Shown one piece after another: positions 28,259 to 35,819 of a stretch of 64,000 nt of DNA. Both the position numbers and the translations under genes were made by a program. Under the pieces are notes generated by a model that did no database searches, was not told where the DNA came from, and saw only the letters and a list, made by a program, of their open reading frames with translations. The stretch is from Shigella phage SSG23. Within the stretch, counting starts at the first letter, position 1, and each line of letters begins with the position of its first letter. The DNA lies in the sequence record PQ351811. One strand, 5' to 3'.

Positions 28259-28373
28259 TTATGAAAGATGATGAATCATTGAAAATTGCACTGGTTATTC
28301 TATTACAAGGTATAGAATTAGCAAACCACGAAAAAATGTTGATACAACAACGTGAAATTATGAGAGGTTGATT

Positions 28374-28688
28374 ATGAGTGATATTAAAACCGATGAAGAA
28401 ATGCAGGATATTGCAAAGGAATTAACCACCATCATGATCCGTCGCGGATCGTATAATGCAAAAACCATTATCGATGAAGTCAATACAGCGATTAAGGCAA
28501 TCGAGAAAGTAAAGTCAGACGTTGCATTTGAAAGATACACATGGGAAGATATTCGCAATCGAAGCCGCTATAATTTCTTTGTTGATTGTATTATGTCAAT
28601 GGTTGAACATTACGGGCATAGCATGAATGACATTATCATCGATGCACGTAAGCTGGCAGAGAATGTTTACGGGAAGTTTCCAGAATGA
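28374..28688 (+). CDS. hypothetical protein (paralog of 27926-28258)
   Basis: 104 aa. Confidence 0.4.
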   Translation: MSDIKTDEEMQDIAKELTTIMIRRGSYNAKTIIDEVNTAIKAIEKVKSDVAFERYTWEDIRNRSRYNFFVDCIMSMVEHYGHSMNDIIIDARKLAENVYGKFPE

Positions 28689-28933
28689 AATTAGAGCAAG
28701 CGATTGTTTATTTTGAGATGGGCTATGATATTGCTCGTGTAGAATGGGAAGATGGTGATTTTGTTCGATTGATTGATCTTCCAGAAACAGCTATTGCACT
28801 GGTCAAAGTAGAAAACGGCGTACAACGAAATTACGCGTTTTCTGACGAAGACAAACAAGCCGATGACTGGTACGCTACCTGTTTTCATCATACAGCGTCA
28901 AAATTCGATTCAGGCGCGTCTATGCGTCAATAA
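28685..28933 (+). CDS. hypothetical protein
   Basis: 82-aa ORF. Confidence 0.4.
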   Translation: MKLEQAIVYFEMGYDIARVEWEDGDFVRLIDLPETAIALVKVENGVQRNYAFSDEDKQADDWYATCFHHTASKFDSGASMRQ

Positions 28934-28937
28934 AAAA

Positions 28938-28965
28938 GAAGGGGAGGCCGAAAGGCTTCCCCTTT
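28938..28965. terminator. bidirectional terminator hairpin between convergent plus-strand block and holin gene
   Basis: AAGGGGAGGCC-gaaa-GGCTTCCCCTT with A-run upstream and T-run downstream. Confidence 0.6.
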
Positions 28966-28968
28966 AAG

Positions 28969-29625
28969 TTATCTAATCCTTCCGAGGATTCTGGCAGATT
29001 GATTACAAAGAGTATCTAAATTCTCGATATCAATATCTGGTTTATTCTTCCATGCAATGGCAATACTACCAGAATAGACATTATCGAGATTGAATATAGG
29101 ACAAGAATACATGAATCCTATATCGATATTCTCTAATTTTTTCTCCCTCGATGGAATATACTGGAAATCTTTATCGGTAAAATAGGATTTACCTAAAAGA
29201 TGCCTACGATATTCTTCACTCGTTTTATTGATAGGGAATCCGCCTAAATTCTTTTCATCGATTGTATGCGGTAGCTTTCCTTCATATGCCACCAAATCAA
29301 CAAAATAGTTTAGGTTTTTCGGACGAAAACTAAAAACAGCAGAAAAATCGGCATCAGCCGACACATGAACTATCTGTAACTGCTCCTGTGCTGCATTATC
29401 AAAATTGCGGTCTTTCTCTACCTGGAGAACGTGAGCATAAGTCTCATAACGAGTCTCTTTATACAAAGCAAACAACTCGTTTTTGCTATAAACGACAAAT
29501 GCTAATATGGACAACACGACGGCAGCAAAAACACGAAGTACGAGCAACTCCGTGCTTTTAGTTGTGAAAATAGCGCGCAGGACATTTGAGATAGCAAAGT
29601 CTTTCTCTTTTTCAGAAACTTGCAT
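28969..29625 (-). CDS. t: holin T
   Basis: 218 aa; single TM then EQLQIVHVSADADFSAVFSFRPKNLNYFVDLVAYEGKLP and ARILGR match T4 holin T. Confidence 0.85.
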   Translation of the reverse strand: MQVSEKEKDFAISNVLRAIFTTKSTELLVLRVFAAVVLSILAFVVYSKNELFALYKETRYETYAHVLQVEKDRNFDNAAQEQLQIVHVSADADFSAVFSFRPKNLNYFVDLVAYEGKLPHTIDEKNLGGFPINKTSEEYRRHLLGKSYFTDKDFQYIPSREKKLENIDIGFMYSCPIFNLDNVYSGSIAIAWKNKPDIDIENLDTLCNQSARILGRIR

Positions 29626-29658
29626 ATAATGCCCTAAGATAACTATGACAGTGTACTC

Positions 29659-29898
29659 TTATTTAGGTACTTGACTATCACTAGGTTTATCTTGCTCGTT
29701 GCTATCTTCCGACTGATCTTTATTAAACTCCTTATAAAGTTCTTCCACAAAACGGTCATCAATTGGCGTATTGGTATAAGCCGCAAGACGACGAGCGCAA
29801 TAGAAGAAAATTTTAGTGAGCATCTTTTCACTAATTAACTTTGATAATAGTTTCATTCCGAAACTAGACAAAGCACCAATGACGATATTATAGACCAT
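29659..29898 (-). CDS. hypothetical small protein between gene 37 and t (not gp38-like in size)
   Basis: 79 aa, hydrophobic/amphipathic N-terminus, acidic C-terminus. Confidence 0.35.
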   Translation of the reverse strand: MVYNIVIGALSSFGMKLLSKLISEKMLTKIFFYCARRLAAYTNTPIDDRFVEELYKEFNKDQSEDSNEQDKPSDSQVPK

Positions 29899-29940
29899 AG
29901 CCGTTTCTCCTTAGTAGTTTCCCTTCCCTGGGAGTTTTCC

Positions 29941-32883
29941 TTAATTCTTTTTAAGTTCCGCTAGTTCAGCTTTAACGGCTTTCAATTCTTCGCTCATTTC
30001 CTGAAACGCCTTAATTAAAAGAGCGTTGACAGCAGAGTTAGAAATTGTTAATATCTCTTCTGGTTTATCTGGATCGCCGACCTTAGAAGTTGTTACGGCT
30101 TCCGGCAATTCTTTTTCAAGATCCTGTGCAATAATACCAACTTCATGAGCAATGACAGTACGGTCAGTTAAAGATTTAACCTTATCGTAGGTGTATACAG
30201 TCAAGCGATTAACTTTATCGGTGGCATTCTCTTTATACTCTTCCTTGTTGATTTTAAGGCGAGCATCAGAACGAATATACACATCGTTAAACGAACCGTT
30301 ACGACCTACCGACATATCACCGGAGGCGTTAAAGTCAAAGTTGGCGTCATGAACGTTTAGGCGAGCTAAAGCATTGGTAATAGTACCACTAGGAACATGT
30401 ACACCCATTGCTGCGATATGATATTTACCCCAATGCGTCGCTTTCCATACGTTATGTGCCGAGTCAACGGATTGAGGACACCCAACCATAAGGCCAGCAG
30501 CACGGTCACGCCAGCTAGCCCAACTACCGCCAGCAACTTCACCACGAATCAGGCCATTACCGCCACCAGTTACAGTACCAGCTTCCAATTGGATCATTTT
30601 ATCTGCAAATTTCCACGTCTGGGCTTGTTTCTGACCACGGAAGCGAATAACACCAGCATCATCGGAATACATCAAACCTAGTTCTAAACCGTCTGGATCT
30701 CTAAACCAGATATGCTTATTACCAGTGCGACGAAATTCAATATCAGCACCGTTCAAAAGAATATTGCCGCCAGTGTGAATTGCTTGAGGCTTAACAGTAC
30801 CGTTGATGGCAAACTCAATTGCAGAAGTACCCGGACCGCCAGGCCGTTGAGTATACCAATGCCAACCACTTTCATCTACACACTCGAAAACCTGTTTACG
30901 GGAACCACTATTACCCCATGCACGAATGTTAAAGCCAGATGTGGCTGTACCCTTGCCCCACGTTAATTTCCCTTCTGTGGTTAAATCCCCTCGGAAGTGA
31001 GCAAGCAATCCACCATCAGCATTACGTTCGGTTGTAAAATGTGTTCCTTTCGTGTCTTCAAATTGTAAAACATTATATCGTCCAGCGTTACTATTCCCCC
31101 AATGGTTAATAGTGAAAGAATCCATCGACTGATTCCCACCCGCAGAGAAAGTAAGCAATCCTTTTTCTAAGAATACATTGTTGCTAAAACGAGCAGCACG
31201 GCTATCTCTTTCGAGAACTAATGCGCCTTCGTTACCATCACCACCTAAAGTAACTTTACCATTTGTCAAATCGTAGATGAATGGTCGGTTGCCGTTCCAT
31301 CCACCAAAACGGTCATTTTCTTCTGTGGAAAGAAGATAAATTTTCGTACCGTCATTACGCCAGAATGCACCGTAATTACCAAAGATCATGCGATATGCAT
31401 CTGAGTTAGCGGAATAGTATTGTCCGTTGGTATATACAATTTTTGTTTTTCCTGTAGTCAAATTTACTTGTCCACTACCTTCCAAATCAAATGAGTTAGC
31501 ACCAACATCATTACGCCACACAAAACCATCACTAGTACCATCCGCATGACCGATATAACCACTACGTTGGTTTTTACCATCACGACGATCCCACCACGCC
31601 ATATAGGCAGCTTGATCAGTCTGGCGATGTAAAGTCATCGCATTACCACTACCGTGCAATTCCATTTTACCAGTAATTACATATCCTTTATAGCTACCAG
31701 GTATAGCACTATTAGAATCAACTCTAAGAACTTCCGTAGAATCTGTAACACCAGTAGCAAGACGATATACAGCACCCTGAACGGTTTCATGCCAAACCAT
31801 TTCATTATAGTTACTACGGAATTTACGAATATATTTCCTACCAGTACCTCTATCATTACTCAAGTGAACAATATCATAGCTATTTTGTGTGTTGTCGTCA
31901 AAACTCAACACACCTCGTTTGTTTTCGGTGTTGAAAAGAGTTACAGCGCGACCGCCAATAACATTATCGCCAGCAGGACGTTCAGCAACAAAATCTGGAA
32001 CGTCATGCACTGTTAAATTAACATCAACACTTTTACCAAATTCAACAATAACGTTATCAGTATAACGCTGATATTTCACATAGATATCATAGTTATCGCC
32101 AGAAGTGTTAACAGCCAAAACATCAAATGATTTGTTTGTATTTCGGCGATATGCAATAACGTTAACACCTTTAGGGCGATTATTTCCACTACGAATAACA
32201 ATTTCTACAATATCAACTTGATCGTATGCAGTAACGTTATATCCGTTGCCGCCATGAATACGGAAAAATACGCTACGCCCATTTTGTGGAATCATTGCAG
32301 TTGCTAATTTAAAATAGCCTTCAACGGTATCAACAGGAACTGTAGCAAGTTTAACGTTCTTAACAAACATTCTATCTACTTCTTGTTTGCTATAAACGTT
32401 CAATTCTCCTGGAGTTGGCTTATCACCTTCGTGATACATGCGGTAACTGAATCTCTTGTTGCCATCCTTATCAAAACCATAGGTTTTAACCTGAGAGGAA
32501 CTAGAACCATATTGAAATTCAAACCCGCGACCGTGTGCTTTACCGTTAGAATGAGGAATGTTCAGAATCAAGTTAGACCAACCATCAGCATTATTCGTTC
32601 GAAACGCACCAAATTTGTCAAGGTCGCGAGCGGTTGAATCGTCCATATAGTTAGCGGTTTTACCTAAAATATAGTTGTCGCCGTCAACCTTACCAGCGAA
32701 TCTAACTTGTCGGTCATAAACCGGAGGACAACTTAAATTGATAATAGCACCGGAATCATTTTTAGTAAGAAGATATTGATCCGCAAGGTTGATTGCCAAT
32801 TCCCCCGGATTCATCGTACCAGCATCAGGTCGACGACCTTTAGTGCTAGTGCGTTTAAATTGGATTCTGCTTAAATCTGCCAT
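29941..32883 (-). CDS. 37: long tail fibre distal subunit gp37 with C-terminal intramolecular chaperone (peptidase S74-like) domain
   Basis: 980 aa; N-terminus MADLSRIQFKR...GELAINL matches T4 gp37; C-terminal about 110 aa has SDARLKIN and GIIAQDLEKELPEAV. Confidence 0.8.
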   Translation of the reverse strand: MADLSRIQFKRTSTKGRRPDAGTMNPGELAINLADQYLLTKNDSGAIINLSCPPVYDRQVRFAGKVDGDNYILGKTANYMDDSTARDLDKFGAFRTNNADGWSNLILNIPHSNGKAHGRGFEFQYGSSSSQVKTYGFDKDGNKRFSYRMYHEGDKPTPGELNVYSKQEVDRMFVKNVKLATVPVDTVEGYFKLATAMIPQNGRSVFFRIHGGNGYNVTAYDQVDIVEIVIRSGNNRPKGVNVIAYRRNTNKSFDVLAVNTSGDNYDIYVKYQRYTDNVIVEFGKSVDVNLTVHDVPDFVAERPAGDNVIGGRAVTLFNTENKRGVLSFDDNTQNSYDIVHLSNDRGTGRKYIRKFRSNYNEMVWHETVQGAVYRLATGVTDSTEVLRVDSNSAIPGSYKGYVITGKMELHGSGNAMTLHRQTDQAAYMAWWDRRDGKNQRSGYIGHADGTSDGFVWRNDVGANSFDLEGSGQVNLTTGKTKIVYTNGQYYSANSDAYRMIFGNYGAFWRNDGTKIYLLSTEENDRFGGWNGNRPFIYDLTNGKVTLGGDGNEGALVLERDSRAARFSNNVFLEKGLLTFSAGGNQSMDSFTINHWGNSNAGRYNVLQFEDTKGTHFTTERNADGGLLAHFRGDLTTEGKLTWGKGTATSGFNIRAWGNSGSRKQVFECVDESGWHWYTQRPGGPGTSAIEFAINGTVKPQAIHTGGNILLNGADIEFRRTGNKHIWFRDPDGLELGLMYSDDAGVIRFRGQKQAQTWKFADKMIQLEAGTVTGGGNGLIRGEVAGGSWASWRDRAAGLMVGCPQSVDSAHNVWKATHWGKYHIAAMGVHVPSGTITNALARLNVHDANFDFNASGDMSVGRNGSFNDVYIRSDARLKINKEEYKENATDKVNRLTVYTYDKVKSLTDRTVIAHEVGIIAQDLEKELPEAVTTSKVGDPDKPEEILTISNSAVNALLIKAFQEMSEELKAVKAELAELKKN

Positions 32884-32920
32884 TTGATAAAATCCTTAAA
32901 CGGTTATTAGAATAATATTA

Positions 32921-32948
32921 TTTAGAAAAGCGGGGAGATAATCCCCGC
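32921..32948 (-). terminator. terminator-like hairpin between genes 36 and 37
   Basis: GCGGGGA-gataa-TCCCCGC; U-run on minus strand. Confidence 0.45.
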
Positions 32949-32953
32949 TAAAA

Positions 32954-34444
32954 TTAGAAAGTACCAAAATCAATCACCGCATTAAGTGGAACCGCGCCAA
33001 CCTCTGCGGGTGTCGGTTTATGGCCTTCGTGGTAAAGTTCATAGCGATCTGTGTCTTGAGTATTTCCACGCGCTTTAATGAAAACAGCTTTAGAATCGTG
33101 TGTAATACCCAATTTTTCGGTGGCTTTGATATCGCTGATACGGTGAATCATAGCCGTGCCATCGGCACTATTTAACCCAGCATAGTAGTTATCACCGTTA
33201 TATGCACCTCTAGCCGTTTTAACGCCATTTGCAGCCGGAACAGTTAACGGTCCTGTCATGGTGTCGCCAGTTACGTTAACATAGCGAATATCGGCTAATT
33301 TACGGTGATCTACATAGTTCCATGCAGTCCACGATTCATTAGAACAGGAACGCCAGCACATCGGATGGTCAATAGATTCAGGATAATACACCTGAACAAT
33401 TCGACGAGTACCGACCGCATCTTCTGGGCGGTATACCATCAAAACGCCGTTATAATAGCTATCAGACGGTTTATTAGTACCTGATCCAGCATTTTCCACA
33501 CGATAGATACCGCGATTAATAAGAGTGTTCCAATCAACGTTTCCAATGATGGTTGGATTTGCTACCATTGATTTTTTCTCAAAGTAGCTCAAACGAACCA
33601 ATTCATTAGGACCAGCAGGATCGTTTGTCGCCAACATTCTAGGCGCTTGCAAGTTACCTTCCATAATATCACCAGCACGTTTAACCTGTGCATCATTGGT
33701 GACATTACCTAGACCAACATCGGCTTTAGTTGGTTTATTGTTGGTGTGATAAAAACGACCTTCTTTGCCATTAACAAAAATGGTAGGCTCATCTTTACTT
33801 CGGAATACCAACGTATCAAGAACGTTACCATAATAGATTTTAGTGGCATCAAAATTAATTAAATCACGTCCCCTTGCAATTAATTTCGAATCAACCGATA
33901 ATTTAACTGTGACAGTGTTTAAATTATATGTTCCTGAGAGAGTATCACCGCGACGGGAGACTAAATCCAAATCATTATTCGTCGGTTTATTGACAGGGCT
34001 ATAGACGCGCTGACCTGTGTCTTTAATGGTTGTCCCTTCGATAGTCCCTTTAGACTTAAATTCGCCCGTTGTGGTGTCAATATAAGCCATGATAACACCA
34101 TCACGGGCATTAACAAAGCCGATTGACTTCCATGAATGCAAACCCCAGCTTACACCGTCAAAATTAGCGGCATCGCTCTGTCCTTTAAAAATACCGTTCT
34201 TTTTGGTTTCCCCAGCCGATGCACTACCTACGCTTAAACCTTCCTCAAAATGAACTTGCTTTTGAAATGTACCACCCTCGGATGCACTAACAGCATCAAA
34301 ATCGGTAGCCGAAGGTCTATCAAAAGCGGTATAGATTTTATGACCTTTGTAGAAAAGCTGATCTCCCGCTGGCTGGATCGTCAAGTTTCCTTGCGTCCAA
34401 ATGGGAGATCCGCCTACAGTAGATCCATGTTTCAAATCTGCCAT
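32954..34444 (-). CDS. 36: long tail fibre hinge subunit gp36 (enlarged, 496 aa)
   Basis: N-terminus MADLKHGSTVGGSPIWTQGNLTIQPAGD matches T4 gp36 (MADLKVGSTTGGSVIWHQGNF...); much longer than T4 gp36. Confidence 0.7.
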   Translation of the reverse strand: MADLKHGSTVGGSPIWTQGNLTIQPAGDQLFYKGHKIYTAFDRPSATDFDAVSASEGGTFQKQVHFEEGLSVGSASAGETKKNGIFKGQSDAANFDGVSWGLHSWKSIGFVNARDGVIMAYIDTTTGEFKSKGTIEGTTIKDTGQRVYSPVNKPTNNDLDLVSRRGDTLSGTYNLNTVTVKLSVDSKLIARGRDLINFDATKIYYGNVLDTLVFRSKDEPTIFVNGKEGRFYHTNNKPTKADVGLGNVTNDAQVKRAGDIMEGNLQAPRMLATNDPAGPNELVRLSYFEKKSMVANPTIIGNVDWNTLINRGIYRVENAGSGTNKPSDSYYNGVLMVYRPEDAVGTRRIVQVYYPESIDHPMCWRSCSNESWTAWNYVDHRKLADIRYVNVTGDTMTGPLTVPAANGVKTARGAYNGDNYYAGLNSADGTAMIHRISDIKATEKLGITHDSKAVFIKARGNTQDTDRYELYHEGHKPTPAEVGAVPLNAVIDFGTF

Positions 34445-34477
34445 AAAGTAACCTCAAAAATTAGTTATAGTTCCGAG

Positions 34478-34485
34478 TATTTATA
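34478..34485 (-). promoter_or_regulatory. T4-type late promoter TATAAATA upstream of gene 36
   Basis: Plus-strand TATTTATA 34478-34485, about 34 nt upstream of start codon at 34444. Confidence 0.6.
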
Positions 34486-34603
34486 GAATGTTAACAAAAT
34501 ATCGCTTCGCGACGTGCCGTAGGCACTGACTATTTTTTAACCGAAACAAACTTTTCTATATTCTAAAGATCTTTCTTCGTTTTGGCTACGTTTTAACCAA
34601 CTG

Positions 34604-34636
34604 TATAAAAATAAAGCCGACCACATGGATCGGCTT
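34604..34636 (-). terminator. rho-independent terminator after gene 35 (minus strand)
   Basis: Hairpin 34614-34636 nearly identical (1 mismatch in 23) to reverse complement of terminator at 24031-24053; U-run on minus strand. Confidence 0.6.
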
Positions 34637-34646
34637 GTTAAAAATG

Positions 34647-35786
34647 TTAATCAACATCGAACTCTTTAAAGTTGTTGGATGTGATATGTTTATTATCTCT
34701 AGGCAGCTTAAGAAGACTCATTACAGGGTTAGTAAAATCACCGTTATCCTGAATATGAGTTGTTCTAACACCATTAACACCAAAGGAAGTAGGACCAGTC
34801 GTTTTGACAACCCCACTGATCGGCGTTATTAGTATGTTTCTAACTTTAACAATACCTTCATTGGAGTTGGTTGGATATCTAACGCAACCAGTTACTACAC
34901 TATCAACTCCTTCCGGTACAGTATAAACAGCTTCAAACTTTTCCCATTGATCTTTTTTGCTGGCATTGTATCGAACACCAGTTTTGTATTGTCCATCAGT
35001 AAAATAGTTGTGATAGAAACGCGCTGTTACGTTAGCTGCGGCTGCGGCACTATCACGGAACAATTCAAAAGATATTGATAGTTTGTCACCCGCCTTTATG
35101 TTAAAATCTTCAAGTGGTGCGCTGATCTCATCATGAGGCCATTGTATTAGCTCGAAATGTTCGGCATCTTCGCTAACATACTCAACCGGATAATCTAAAA
35201 ATCTCTGTGGTGTTCCTGTGATCGCAAGATCATCTATAGTATCATAAACCTTCTCAATTTGTATAGACGAATCTTGTCCTTCCCCGTGGGTCGCTTGCAT
35301 ACCCTCACAAACAATTTTACCCATTTTCGTAGAATAAATTGCTGCATATGATACACGAGGCATTTGCTGTAACAAAATATGGTTAGGGAATGATACAGCC
35401 CCCAGCTTAGAGAATACATCATCGCTTACCGGGTCTGCAAACAATTCTCCATGCGTTGCCATCGCAATGATATAGTCACCTTTCAGCAAAGAAAGATAAT
35501 CACGCATTGCCAAAACAGCACCCCGACCATAGAATACCTTTTCTTCGTGTAGTTGTCCAGTTTGGGTAAGAACTTTAAAATTTAGGCCAGTTTCATAGCC
35601 AGTCCCGACGATCTCCACTCCATTAAATCTAATCCTTGCTGGTTTGGTAGAATCCGCATTAGATCCGCGTACTTCCAGCTTATACATCACAGAGTTGTTT
35701 TCTGAAATGCTTGTAAATGTCGCGGAGTCCTCATCGAAATGCGCAAATTTAATTCCAGTGTTGCGTAATTCTATCTCTTGTGTCAT
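34647..35786 (-). CDS. 35: tail fibre protein in the gp35 (hinge connector) position
   Basis: 379 aa between gp34 and gp36 homologs, same size class as T4 gp35; not sequence-confirmed. Confidence 0.5.
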   Translation of the reverse strand: MTQEIELRNTGIKFAHFDEDSATFTSISENNSVMYKLEVRGSNADSTKPARIRFNGVEIVGTGYETGLNFKVLTQTGQLHEEKVFYGRGAVLAMRDYLSLLKGDYIIAMATHGELFADPVSDDVFSKLGAVSFPNHILLQQMPRVSYAAIYSTKMGKIVCEGMQATHGEGQDSSIQIEKVYDTIDDLAITGTPQRFLDYPVEYVSEDAEHFELIQWPHDEISAPLEDFNIKAGDKLSISFELFRDSAAAAANVTARFYHNYFTDGQYKTGVRYNASKKDQWEKFEAVYTVPEGVDSVVTGCVRYPTNSNEGIVKVRNILITPISGVVKTTGPTSFGVNGVRTTHIQDNGDFTNPVMSLLKLPRDNKHITSNNFKEFDVD

Positions 35787-35819
35787 AATAACCCCATAGG
35801 GGGCTTTCGCCCCCTTTAA

